Shown here in pieces: positions 22,925 to 36,206 of a DNA stretch of 64,000 nt. A model generated the notes under the pieces. It ran no database searches. It was given only the letters and a program-made list of their open reading frames with translations, and was not told the DNA's origin. The DNA is from Hyphochytrium catenoides (lineage: Eukaryota; Protista; Hyphochytriomycota), in NCBI GenBank assembly GCA_900088475.1, contig FLMG01003894.1:1-64000 (forward strand). The letters run 5' to 3'. Position numbers and translations under genes: made by a program. Position 1 is the first letter of the stretch; each line of letters begins with the position of its first letter.

Positions 22925-25788
22925 ATGGAGGACGAAAAGAAAGGTCAACCAGAGGAGCAGGAGGAGGCCCTGCGGAAGGAGATGACGGTCGGCAAGGAGG
23001 CTGAGAAAGAAGACGCCACTGAGGAAGGCAAGAAGGAGACCGAGAAAGAAGAGGCCGGTGAAGAAGGCAAAAAGGACAGTACCTCCGCGGCTACCCAGAC
23101 TCTTCTCAAGAAGCTTGAGGAGGCTGACCAACAAATCTTGCAGGAAGTTTCGGACGCGGAGCCTCTCGTCTTTTCCGTCAATTTAGTTACTCCTTCGGGC
23201 TCCACCGTCCGATTGGATCATGTTAGCACCTCGGACACGGTCCTTGGACTCAAGCAGCTCATCGGTGATCTACCTGAGCTTGCCTGCGAGACGTGCTACC
23301 GCCTTGACCTCGTTAACGGCTCGGAAATGTAAGTATAGGCCAGGCACCTTCCGTCTACCTGATCTTTATCTAGAGGTCTGCTTTGCATCTTCCTATATTT
23401 CTCCTCCCTACCTCCCCTGTCAGAATGCGCCGCTGCTTCCCTTTCTGTTTAACTGCCCTCTGACCGAGTATCTCTTGTGCCGTGCGTCTCAGAGTCACTC
23501 TGAACGACTACTCAGAGATCACCGAGTTTCCTGCGCTTAAGGAAGACTGTGAACTGCGCATGGTGAGAGAGATTTATGACGCCAGGAAGGCGAAGCTTCA
23601 TTTAAAGAGATTTCGAGAAGTTCTTGCGAACCCGCCAGTTCCTCCTCCTCCAGCAGCTAGCCTCACAGAGACCGAAGAAGCAGCAGACGCAGAGCCGGAG
23701 AGCAGCTCGACTTCGGATCTACCTCTGCCTCCGGGATCAGGAGAGAGGAAGAAGCACAAGAAGGGAAAGAAGAAGAATGCCAAGAAGGCAGCAGCCGATC
23801 AGGAACTAAAACGCGCTCTCGAGGAGCTTCAGTCTCTCGATATTCCTGTCAAAGTGAACCTACTTAAGTTCTATGAGCATGTAAATAACGCAGTGGGCTC
23901 CAGCAAAGAAGAAGGATCGGCCTCTAAGAGCAAGGAGGCCGAAAAGGATAGTGTCTGGCTGCCACAATGCCTAAAGTCCATCTGCTTTTCGGGGTTCAAC
24001 CCTCCTCCTGGGCCGCGGAGGCTACAGGGAGACCTCTTCTACCTGGAAGTAACGCCTTTGGAGGGTCCTGTGCTGCACATCACCGCCTGTCCTCAGGGCT
24101 TCTACGTCAACCGTTCCAAGGGAGAGACGTTCTCTGCTCTTCCTGCTGATCAATCTTTCCTTTCTCACTCACTTCTGGAGCTGCTGTCGACTGCCTCTCC
24201 TTCTTTCACTTCCCAATATGAGAAGCTTCTGAAGGAGGCAGAGAAGATTGCTTTAGAAGGCAGTCTCCCCATTGAAGCACTGCTAGCTTCAGGGAAGAAC
24301 GTCGGTGCCAAGCCTCAGTGGAACTACCCTTATAAGAAGAGTCAGAAAGAGCCAGATCATAATTTTGATAAGGTGCGAGCGGAGGAGAGCCTTCTGTACA
24401 GCTATGGAATGGAGGAGAAGGGTGTGGTTAGGGACTGGAACGAGGAATATCAGTGCTGCAAAGAGCTTCCTTCCGCCACATTGAAGGAAAGAGTTGCTCG
24501 GGCCCGTGTTCTCACCAAGATATACGCTGAGTTTGAAGACGCAGCCCGAGCCGGAGCGGTGGCCATTGTACAAGGCCACATTCCTGCTCTGAACCCCATG
24601 GATCCGCCCAAGGCGCATGTCTATGTGTTCAACTCTATCTTTTTCTCTTACGCCGTGGACGGAAGAAATGTCTTTTCTGGAATGGGAGGGGATGAGGCTG
24701 CACGGAGTTCTGCTAACCACGACCTCAGGGGAGTGATGCAGGTCAACCTGGCAGGCATACCAGGCTTACACACCTTGCTGACAGCGGTAGTAGACTATTG
24801 TGGGCTGAGAGTGGTGGCACAAAGCATCATTCCTGGTATTTTGCAGGGAGAGGCAGCGTCCACCCTCGTCTATGGCTCTGTGGACAATGGAAATACTCTC
24901 GCTTCGGATCCTAAGATGCATGAGATGATGTGCCAGCTAGGAAAGGCCCTGGGAATGGTAGAGAGAGAGATCAAGCCTCTTGGAAAGGCACAGAATGAGG
25001 AAGAAGGAGAGGCAGAAACCGAGGGGTCTGCAGATGAGAAGCTCGGCGTCAGTATTGGAGGAGGACAAGCTTCAGAGGATCCGCAGAGGATTTGTGGGCC
25101 TGTGGATTGCAAGGGTATCAAGGGCTCAGATGGTCGCTTTTACATCCTTGACTTGGTGAGGATCACCCCGCGGGACTACACTTACTACGATTTAGCCATG
25201 AAGAGGAGCCAAGTGAAGGAGGACGACACCGAGAAGAAACCAGAAGAAGAGGGAGAGAGCCAGGACAAGAAAGAGAAAGAAACAGCAGGGCTTAACTTCA
25301 GCGCCGTGGATGATCCCACGGTCCTCCTCCGACCGGAGTTGGTTCAGCTCTACCTAAAATGGAGTCAACACCGCAAGAGAGCAGCCAAGGAGGGCAAGAA
25401 GGGAGAGAATGGAAGCGCCTCGACGGAAAAGGCCTCGGCGGACGCGGAAGAGTCAGGTTCTGGGAACAAGGAAGAGGAGCAGACGCCAAGTCTAGAAAAG
25501 CAGGAAAAAGCGGAGGACAAGCAGGATGAAGCTCTTGATGCCACTCCTCTCAACGTGAATGTCTTCATGCCTTATGCATGCTCCACGGATGCTGAGGAGG
25601 CTGCTCAGGACATCGAGAACGCCAAGGAGGCAGCGGTGTATCTGCAAAAGGTGGGTATCTATCTCGGGACTTTGTCTGATGCATCTTCCTACTCGGTGCG
25701 CAGTATGGCCATTATCCTAGTCCTAGCCCCATTCTTCTTCAACTCCGTGACCTAGGCTGAACCAGCGACACTCATTCTCTGCCTCCTC

Positions 25789-25846
<58 letters not shown>

Positions 25847-27388
25847 GTCATCGTCCTTTGCCCTTCCTCTCCCTGCTCGCAATCTCGGTTCCTTCTCTTT
25901 CTGTCGGCATAGGTGGTCATTCCAAGCTTTCTTTCGGACCTTGTGCGGGGCACAGTGAATGTTAGCGATGGACTCACTCTGACTGAGGCACTGCACTCCG
26001 TCGGCATTAACGCACGCTACTTGGGCCGCCTTGCCGCTCTTCTGACCGAGCTAGAGAAAGAACTCTCTCCTCCTCAGTTTCTCCTTGAGCTCTTGGAGAC
26101 AGAGATGGTTGCTAGAGCGGCGAAGAGGCTGTTAAGGGACTTTTTGTCTGAGGAGAGTGCCCGGCTTGCCCCTGGCTCCATAATCCTATCTCTCTTAAAC
26201 AGCCTGTTGGGGTCTCCTGCTGCTGAAAAGACTGAGCCTACGGGAAAGACGGGGACTAAGAATAAGCAGCAGAAAGCGAAAGAGAGTGGAAACTCCGGTG
26301 CTTCCGCCCCACCCTCTGATGTCCTGAACAGGACCACTCTATGGGGGAAAGTCAAGCAGGAAGTACAGAGTCACTTTGGCTACAATCTCCGCTTGTGGGG
26401 CTCAACAGCGGGCTCGGATCGATGTGATGCTCTGCCACTTCTGAGGCGGTTCTGCCTCGTGACAGGTGTGCAGGTTCTTGCAAAAGAATACGACTTCACT
26501 TCTTCGTCTCCGTTCTCCCTTGAAGACGTCTATGATCTTCTCCCCGTTGTGAAGTCTAGTCAGCCCAAGCAGCCCCTGAAGGATGCTGCAGCCATCTTAG
26601 AGAGGGCTCGCCTCTATCTGGCAGCAGGTCAAGCTCCTAAGGCCTACCAACTGGCACAAGAGAGTGCCCTTCTTCTCTTCCAAGTCACCGGTCCGGTCCA
26701 TCAGGAGCTAGCCTATACCTCTGTCTTGCTTGCTATGGCAGCCTACGAGGCTCAGGACCCTCTTGGTGCCTTTTCTCAGCAGCAAAGGGCACTCTCTCTC
26801 TTCTCGCAGCTAGACGGTCTAGACCATCCTCACACGGCGCATGCACACGCTACAATGGCCCTTTACTGCCAGGCAGTAGGTGATGGACCCTTGGCTATTC
26901 GTCACACACGGCGAGCTATCTACTTGTTAGAACTTGTGGGAGGAGAGCGAGGAAGAGAGGTCATGGTGCTCTATCATAAGCTGGGACAGCTTTACCACGA
27001 GATGGGCCTGGTGAATGGTGCTCTTAAGAGCTTCGGAGAGAGTCTTAGGCGCTGCACTGACGATCATCTCCATATCGCTGCTGTCCTGCACTCTCTGGCG
27101 CTCGTTTATTCATCGGTTGGCGCCTACAGGGAGGCGATGAAGTTTGAAAAGAAGGCCTTCGCACTGTTCAAGGAGCTCCTTGGGGAGAATGACTATAGGA
27201 CTAAGGACTGCGCCCTCCTCCTCGCCGTCTTCACTGAGAGGGCAGTGGAAGGTGCCAAGCTGGACAAGCAGCAGGAGGCAGCGGCGGCATCTGATGCGGC
27301 TGCAGCTGACCTAGTAGCTTCAGAACTGCTGAGGCTAGAGGAAGAGAAGGCAGGAAAGAAGAAGAAGAAGCAGAAGGGCAAGAAGTAA
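22925..27388 (+). CDS. CLU1: Clustered mitochondria protein (CLU1/CLUH), 3 exons, C-terminal TPRs
   Basis: SGFNPPPGPRRLQGDLFYLEV, RDWNEEYQCCKELP, VDYCGLRVVAQSIIPGIL, KGIKGSDGRFYILDLVRITPRD, LHSVGINARYLG. Confidence 0.97.
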
Positions 27389-27804
27389 AGGATGACCAAG
27401 AAAGTTCCCATAGGGAATAGCAGGAGTCGTTCCTCTATTAGAGACGACAGAAGTAACTTCTACGTTGCTTATCCCCTCCGTCTTGGGCCTGAACGGCTCC
27501 ATAGTTTCAGAGTGACAAATGCCTTCATGATTCAAGCGAGGGAGGACAGGGGACGGTGCACGGGGTTGCCTACTAGCGTCTTAAGCCATAATCATAGGGT
27601 TAGCTCTGTAGACATTCAAAAGATCATTGGGACCGAAGAAACTCTTTGTGCCTCCCTCGCATTAACAATCTTTCACCGACACTTAGGCTGTGCAGAATAA
27701 ATAGAAGGACACTCACAGCCTGCCCTAGCTTTCACTGCTGTTATACAACGTCCCATACCCTTCCTCTTGACCTATTCTCTCGCGCCTAACAGGAGCTGAC
27801 TTTC

Positions 27805-29428
27805 TCAAGGCATCCGATCGAAGGGCTCTGTGTCCTTGTAGCAGTGTTCGAACACTGCAGCTACAAAGTCCTCGGCCTGATTATTGAAAGTAAGTGAGGA
27901 TCTCTTGATGCACCAAAGAGGGGGATGGGCCACAAGGTAGGCCCTGCAGGAAATAACAGAAAGAAAAGGATCGAGCTTAACAGCGTGGAGACGTGGCGTG
28001 CGTACCTTCTCACGGCAATGCGGGAGGCCTTCCAGAGACAATCGAGCACGACGTTTGACGCAAACCTGTCCCCAGACGGTGTTCAAATGGCGGTTGGAGG
28101 TCGGTTGAGGGAGGAACGAAGAGTGCATAGAGTAAGAAGGGATTCACCCTGTGTCTTAGATGAGGAGCGGGGAGACGTCACCTGGTGCTGCTTCATGACC
28201 GCAAAGTTCCTCCGGTTTATCTCCACCCAAAAGTCGCAATCTCCACTTAGAGCAGCAGCTCTCACCTACTTAGGATACTTTATGAGACGCTTCTGCTGTT
28301 TCTATCTGCCTCTCTTCTCTGTAATCCTCTTTCTCTTTCACTCATCTCTATCTCTATCTCTGTCTCTGTCTCTCTCTCTCTCTCTCTCTCTTTCTCCCTC
28401 TCTCTGTGTCTCCCTCTCTCTCTCCCCGTCTCTCTAGATGTAGATATATCTTTGATCAATCTTCTTCTGACCTCGCTACAAGCCAGGTGAAGGCAGTTGT
28501 CTGGCTTCATGTGTGCTCTACACCGGTCAAACGCGTGGATGAGCTCGTGGGTGATGGTACGGTCCACATGCGACTGTTTCACCATGTGGTTCGCGCAGAG
28601 TACAACCTGCCCACCCCAGAAGACGAGAGAGACAATAATCAAAAGGAAGCACGGCACAGGTTGAGGGAGAGGACAGGTGAGAAAGAGAAGAAAGAAGAGA
28701 GCTGATGCAAGAAATTATAAGAGAAGGAAGAGCCTGGTCAGGACAGCATGGGCAGAGGGTCACTGGAGATAAGAAGGATGGAAGCCGGAGACGAAGAGAG
28801 TCAAGAGGCACTGATTAAGAGAGAGAGGTAGTGCGCAGCCCGCATCTGAGAGTAGAGGCACTCATAGCCTTGATAACGTCAAAGGAAGAGCGGAGCAGAA
28901 GGCGCCAGTACGCACGTAAGGCTTGCCGTCCTCGTCCATCTGGAACCCTCCGAGGATGGGACCGTCACAGTGAACTGCCTTGAACACCCGCGGATGGAGC
29001 TCACACCCCATCCCTTCAATCTTTTCCATCATGAACTTCACCATTGGAGCTGCAGGTAGGAGGACAGAGATTAGCTCAAAGGAGAAGATGGCAGGAAAGG
29101 CAAGCCACGTTAGAGTGTGGAATAGACTGATAGCTAATGCGACGAAGGGACAACGGAGCGAGGCCGAGAAAAGCGCTTGGTATACATTGGTACAGACAGG
29201 TCCGGGACATTCAGGAGAAGAGATGCGAGAGCCCAGGAGTGGTGCAGTGAGAGCCCTTGGAGCCAAAGGAAGAGTGGGGCGCTTGAGCGATGCAGAGAAG
29301 GTTTTAGCGGGTTCCGTACATCTCCGGATGGCATGATGAACTTTTTTATAGCATTTCTCAATCTCCTCCTGGTGCTCCGGAGGCGCCGTCTCCTCTGTGG
29401 ACTCGACAGCCCGCTTCAGATCATCCAT
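27805..29428 (-). CDS. ATP23: Mitochondrial inner-membrane metalloprotease ATP23 (6 exons)
   Basis: SPMVKFM, HELIHAFD (HExxH), HLACSEVRAAALSGDC, CVKRRARLS, CYKDTEPFDR. Confidence 0.95.
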
Positions 29429-29972
29429 GGCTCGGGATCTCTCTTAACACCTGCTCGCTCCTCTCCCCTGCGCGCCACCGTCGCTTTGACCTGGCTCTCA
29501 GTCCAGAGATCTGCTAGCGCGTGTGGCTCTGTAGCCGAGTACCTCGTCTCTGTCTGCGCTTGAGCCGGGATGTTGGGCGTCTCTAATGAAGCTGCAGAAA
29601 CAGCGGCGACGACCAGAAAAGAAAAAATCTCTGGATGGTGGTGACGGCGTAGTAATACGCGGCTGGTCATCGGATCCCATAACCTGAGAGCCGGTGGTCA
29701 ATGGAAAGTAGTAATACTGTTGGAGCTCGGGTATGGGGCTCTGCCATCATCAGAGCTCCAAGGATCTGGAGAAATCTTTGTCCTTTGACCTGTCTCCAGT
29801 CATCAAAAAGTCACCCTTGCGGAGCGCTCTCTCTCACGGCTCAGCCTCTCTCTATGCTTGTCTAAGAGCTCCTCTATCTAGAAGTCTTCGGCTACAACGC
29901 AGAGTCCCAGCCTCTAAGCGAGTGATAAGCTCTTTCTGTCTCAGTGCTGCTTTGCCTTCTAGCTGATCAACA

Positions 29973-30117
29973 ATGTCCTCAACGAAGATGGTGGCAAGAG
30001 ATGAAGAGCTGGAGGTGGAAGTGCGGAGAGAAGATCAAGATAAGATTAATGAGTTCGGAAGGCTGAACTTTCGGAAGCACGAGCTCAAAGCTGACATCCA
30101 AAGACTAAAGGTGAGAA

Positions 30118-30155
<38 letters not shown>

Positions 30156-30841
30156 GTCTCTCTGTGTCTCTCTTTCATCCTCTCTCTGTCTCTTTCGCCA
30201 TATCTGTCTCTCTCTCTCTCTGTTGAGCTCGTTCACCACTTGCGGAGTATTAGCTCACCGATAAATACCTCTAGGAAAAGCTGGAGCGGCTCGATGACGC
30301 CTCAACGGAGCTGATGATGGCTGAAGGCGAGCCCGTCCAGTAGGTCCCTGGCCTCGGAACGAACCCCTTTCTCCATTTCCCTCACACTTCTACTCGCTAG
30401 GCTGTACATCGGCGACTGCTTTGTGCAGACAGAAGAAGAGTACGCCACAGATTACTTAGAGAAAGAGCAGGAGGTGAGTTCATTGAAGAAGATATGGTTG
30501 ATCTCTTTATTCCTCGCCGCTACCTTATTCTCATGGACTCTCTCTTGAACCTTAGAAACTCCAGACAGAGCAGTCAGATTTATCCGCAGAGCTAGAGCGC
30601 GTACTGGCTCGACAGCAGGTAGGGGGAAGATAGAAACGCTTGAGGGTGCTCTGATCTACTCCCCATCCTTTTCTCTCTTCTCTCCCCTCTCTCTTTGGCA
30701 GATCATATCTCAACTATCACTAGTCTCCACTTGGCTCGCGTGTCTCTCTCGTGTCTGTCATCGGTAACAATCTCCATATAGGAGCTTAAGAAAACGTTGT
30801 ATGGACGCTTCGGGAAGAGCATCAACCTCGAGGACGAGTGA
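29973..30841 (+). CDS. PFDN4: Prefoldin subunit 4 (5 exons)
   Basis: EVRREDQDKINEFGRLN, LDDASTELMM, IGDCF, LKKTLYGRFGKSINLE. Confidence 0.95.
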
Positions 30842-31295
30842 TCTTCTTCGTGGAAACGAAGACACACACACCATCGTCCTCCCTCTACCTGACCTGAGGC
30901 GACCTTGACCTTATCGTCGAGCTTGTCGAAGAGTGTATCAAGATTGGATGGGCAACTTGTAGATGGCCAACCGATAACCGGCAGAGGCTGTAGAGAGTTA
31001 GTTCATGCCTCGGATATGGCCTGAGTGAACATAGAACTGCCACTGCTCCCAGCTCGTGCCAGAACCTGCTGCTACGGCGTACTTCTAAGGTCCTCACATA
31101 GAGGACCAGCAAGAGATGAGCCTTAACCGATGATTGGCTGACTTGATGACATCGAAGTGCTTCTTCATCTCTGCCGTTCTCCTCTCATGTCCTTCTCTCG
31201 GTGGCCTCTTGCTCCCCTCCCTCGCCTGCGCTGCCTCGCACAGCTAGGAGCGTTAAAGTCGAGAAGAACGGACTCCTCTAGCCTTCCGGTGTATG

Positions 31296-32769
31296 TTATG
31301 GTCGACTTTTCTTCATGATGTAGACAAAGGTGGGCCCACCCGTCTGCGGGTCAGAAGGATCAGAAAGAATCTCTGTCGCCTCGATGGAGGTAAACTTCGC
31401 CCACTTTAGATAGCTGCTGGACAGCTTGTAGCTGAGCGTAGATATCAGGATTAGCAGTCCTACCAGCGGATCGATGGATGAGGTGTTGGTCAGGAGGGCA
31501 AAAGGACATAGCAAGGAAAAGGCCGACTGCTTGTATAAGTGGCAGTAAAGAAGAGATTGATTGGCATGGACAAAGCTAAATTGTCTTGAACTGCAAGAGA
31601 GTCCAAGGGAACGTACCTCCTTTGACCAAAACTCTGTGATACTCTTTGACGGCTCGTCGAGCGTGATCTTCCCCGGCATGAGGGTCGCAGGCGATGGAGT
31701 CGAGGCAGCCCTTGTCCACCACCACGTCAAACGACTCATTCGGAAACGTCAGTTCCATGGCATCCATAAGGACATACTCCATGCCACGCTGAGAAAGAAG
31801 CATGAGGCCATAAGAAAATTTGAACAGAAACCACGAGACTTAGCGAGAAGAAACGAGTAGCTGCTGTCAATCAAAGTTTGTTGTGAGTGTGTTAGGGAAG
31901 AAGAGGGTGAGAGGCGAGCACCCATAAAATTAGTAGAAGACAAGCTGAGTCACGTACAACTCTCGCTTTGTTGAGCCTCCTAATGAGCGTCCTCGAGCTG
32001 TCAATATTGGTGATGGATCGGACACCGTGTCGCATGAGGCATTTGGCCAGTGCTGGACCACGGGGCACGACGTTCATGTAGGGTGAGATCGTAGTAGAAC
32101 ATGGTCCAAGGTAGCGAGAGAGATTGGTCGACAGTAAGAAAAAGAAAAGGAGAGAGGTGGGGCGCGGAAAGAGAGAGCGCGTGTGTGACTTAAGTGACGT
32201 GGGCTTCTCGGCTAATGATAAGCAATGCTGGCTACCTGATGTCCCACAGCCCACGTGAAGGATACGATCGCCTGAGCGGAGGTAGGACCTAAAGATGGGC
32301 CGAAGAGCCTCATAGGCAATGTACCAATCATACTCCGAGGCGTCTCTGAACGTGAAGAAGGTAAGGGCAACGTCAAGAAAACCCGTAGCGAAACTCTGCC
32401 TACTTTGTATAGAGCTTCTCCCAATAAGCCTACGTACGTCCCAAGACGGAAACGTCAGTCGTGCATACGGACAAGTGCGACGCTTCGCGGTACCTTTGAG
32501 TAGTAAGAAGCTTCTTTGCTGTCTCTTGATGGACCAACACTGGCCCTGCGACGACTCTCATCGTCGCTGTCATCCTCACTAATGTCAGAATCAAACAGCA
32601 TATCCAAGGCCCTGGGCTTGAAGAGTAGGCTGATGATAACAGAGAGACCTAGTAGGCTAATGGAGCACAGCATGACGAAGACCACTGACGAGAGTTCCCT
32701 GGATGCCATCAGATGATGCAAGTCAAAATATCCTGTGTTTCTCAGTTCCATCGTTGATACAGTCATCAT
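31296..32769 (-). CDS. Class I SAM methyltransferase, METTL13-N/EEF1AKMT4-like, with possible N-terminal TM helix
   Basis: YWEKLY, EYDWY, RILHVGCGTS, ITNIDSS, MDAMELTFPNESFDVVVDKGCLDSI, HRVLVKGG. Start codon uncertain. Confidence 0.85.
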
Positions 32770-33616
32770 GGGCTCGCGGAGTAGCCAAGCGATGCCAAAG
32801 CGATCAGGGACCGAGGCACCTCGATCCTCGCTGTACCATTTGCTGCGGGCAGTACTTTTTCCTAGGAAAAACTGTGAGCTCTTAGCACTCCGGTAAGCGC
32901 AATGAGTACTCTCCTGGGGACTGAGGCGATATATATATATATATGCAGCTTCAGACCTGTACAGGTCGATGACTGGCTGCCTGAGACAGATCTGCAGACA
33001 TCTGCGGAGCATCATCGTGAGCTCCGATGAGCTCTGAGTGAGTGTCGAAGGCCGAAGTTCTGCAGTTCTCCAGCAGCTTGAAGCTTCACCTTGAGCTTCA
33101 CACATCGCTGATAACCGAACATAGCCAGATACAGATTATCTTTCAGTGATCCTCAGGACAATCAAAGATCGGACTTTCATTTCCTTTCTCGGGAAACCTT
33201 GAGGCGTTTAACGGACTGAAAAATTGAAGGAAACGCAGTGCATAATGTCAGTGGAGAAAGTTCTTTGAAAGATTGCTTCAATGAATCTTTCGATATCTTG
33301 GACTGCAACATGTGCTGAGTGTGTTTGTCTCTGTAAACTATGCGGTGAAGCGACACTGGGTTTGACGCGGGCCTTTGCCTTTGTGTTTCTACTGCAGCAA
33401 ACTAACTTCCGCACTGTCGGCGTCGGTCAGGGTGGCACTTTGAAGATCTGCAGACAGAGTTCGCCTTGCAGAGCGATCTTCATATCAACGTCTGAGCCGC
33501 CGCTAACAGACAGGGCTAGCCGAAGGGCACACGATAAAGCCGAGGGGAACTTGGTACTCTGTAGAACACCTAAGATCTACCAGTCTTCGCTAAGCTCTTG
33601 ATACAGGGCGGCTATC

Positions 33617-35945
33617 ATGGCGCACCACCATGCAGATCTTGCTGCAGATCTCCAGGCATTCAAGCTCCATCAGAAGGCTGTGGTCAGAGATTATTACGTT
33701 GAGCCAAGACTAGGTACGACTTGTAGTCTGTGTGGATGCCTCTAAGCCAGCTGACTATTTCTTCAAGATTATCGTACTATCAGTGGCGTGAATGGGCCCC
33801 TGGTGATTGTAGAGAATGTCAAGGTAAGGATTGCCACTCCGAAAAATAAGGCCATATGAAGACAACGGCTGTGCTGATTCAGCTCCTTTCCAGCTCCCAA
33901 AATACAATGAGATCGTGAATCTTACGCTTGCAAATGGTGAGACTCGGCAAGGACAAGTGTTGGAGGTGCAAGGCTCCCGAGCCGTCGTGCAGGTAACATC
34001 GAGCTCATCCTCAATGCACAGCACCCAAAGGACCAGCCTGACTGAGCCTCTGCAAAGGTCTTTGAAGGCACAGACGGGATTGATAATAGGCATACCCATT
34101 GTGAGTTTACCGGCGATGTCTTGCGGATGCCTATCTCCGAAGAGATGCTTGGCAGAGCCTTCAATGGTTCAGGGAAGGCTATCGACGGCGCACCACCGGT
34201 GTTAGCGGAGGAGTATCTTGATATTCAGGGTAAAACTTTTCCACTTCTTTAGCGTCGGTTCTCCTCTCGGCATCTGAGCAGCTTGCTTGCACAGGCCAAC
34301 CTATCAACCCCTCGTGCCGTGATTATCCCAAGGCTATGATTCAGACGGGTATCTCCGGTATCGACGTGATGAACTCCATTGCCAGGGGGCAAAAGATTCC
34401 TCTTTTCTCTGCAGCTGGTCTCCCGCACAATGAAGTACGTTTTTTCGTAAAGGGCACCCTTGATCTCCTCTTAAATGCACCGCTTGTATAGGCGCGAGTA
34501 CCGACATCGAGGCTCATGTCTCTTTCTTCTCTAACCTATGATTCCCTTGTGTTCTAACCGATCGCCCCGTAGATTGCTGCACAAATTGTGCGTCAGGCGG
34601 GGTTGGTGAAGAAGAAGGACGTCATTGACGGTAGTGACGAGAACTTTGCCATTGTCTTCGGTGCTATGGGTGTTAATATGGAGACGGCACGTTTCTTCCG
34701 CAACGACTTCGAGGAGAGTGGCGCCATCCAGCGGACAGCCCTTTTCATGAACTTGGCGAATGATCCTACCATTGAGCGCATTATCACACCCCGTCTAGCT
34801 CTCACGACTGCTGAGTACTTAGCCTACGAGAGGGACTTGCATGTGCTGGTTATCTTGACAGATATGAGTTCCTATGCCGATGCTCTGAGAGAAGTATCTG
34901 CTGCAAGAGAAGAAGTGCCAGGCCGAAGAGGCTATCCTGGTTATATGTACACAGATCTCTCCACAATTTATGAGAGAGCGGGACGAGTGATGGGGCGCAA
35001 CGGGTCAATCACGCAGCTGCCCATCCTCACCATGCCAAACGACGATATCACACATCCAATCCCAGATTTGACTGGGTACATCACGGAGGGACAGATCTAT
35101 GTAGACAGACAGCTGCACAACCGTCAGATCTTCCCACCAATCAATGTGTTGCCGTCTCTGTCTCGTCTGATGAAGTCCGCCATTGGTGAGGGGATGACCC
35201 GAGATGATCATGGCGCTGTCTCCAACCAACTGGTAAGGCTTTCAGTAGGTAGCGTCGAACTGGACGGTAGACGTCCTTTGGAGCCAGTATGATAGCTGAC
35301 GCTCTTCCTTTATTTTTCTTTATTCTCTCCATCTCTCTATCGGCTAACGTATCGCTGATGCCATAGTATGCGAGTTATGCTACCGGAAAGGACGTCTTGG
35401 CTATGAAGGCGGTCGTGGGAGAGGAGGCTCTTTCTCTGGAAGACCACCTGTATCTGAAGTTCACAGAGAAGTTCGAGAGCAAGTTCATTGCTCAAGGTAC
35501 CCTCCCATCTCTGTTTTAAAGACTGGTAGTGTAGGCTGCCAATCTATGAGCGTGTGCCGGCGACGATAAGCGAGGGAGGTGTGTCTTGATGGAAGGAGAA
35601 AGTGAGCAAATAGAGCTTTGGTCACGCCACGAGGGGAAGGGCGGATGGCAGTTCCCCACTTTGTTCCTTCTCGACGACGCACGGCGCCCGCACTCTTTTT
35701 TTGGCAAGCGGTCAGTCCAAGGCTCACTGTATATTTCTTATCTCTGTCGCCCCGTTCTTCTCTCTCTTCTCTGTGTCCTAGGTCCTTATGAGTCTAGGGA
35801 TATTTTCGAATCCCTGGACCTTGCGTGGTCTCTCTTCCGTGCCTTCCCTAGAGAACTCCTCAAGAAGATTCCAAAGGAGCAGCTGGACAAGTACTATGCC
35901 AGGAGGTCCAAGGGTGAAGAAGAGGTGGATGCCGAGAAGGAGTAA
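33617..35945 (+). CDS. VMA2: V-type H+-ATPase subunit B
   Basis: [88 protein letters not shown]. Confidence 0.98.
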
Positions 35946-36206
35946 GTAAGCGGTCAGTTATAAGGTAAAAAGGAGGAAAAAGACGGTAGAGAAGGCTAAA
36001 AGAGAGGAAGCTCGTACTCTCACTTTCTCAGTGGTAGGAGAAGCTTTCTTAACAGATTTATAGCAGATTTCCTTTGACTCTGAACCAGCTTAGGGTGAAC
36101 AAGTCTTCACTCTCTCCTCGATGGCCATGGGTGCTCTCCTTTCTATCTGCTCTTTCCTTATTCCTTTCTGTTGCTGTGATTCTCCTATACTCAAGCGCTT
36201 CTTGGT

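Noticed and set aside
32250-32270. GTATCCTT on the minus strand, resembling a U12 donor
   Set aside because: It lies within the coding motif DRILHVGCG.
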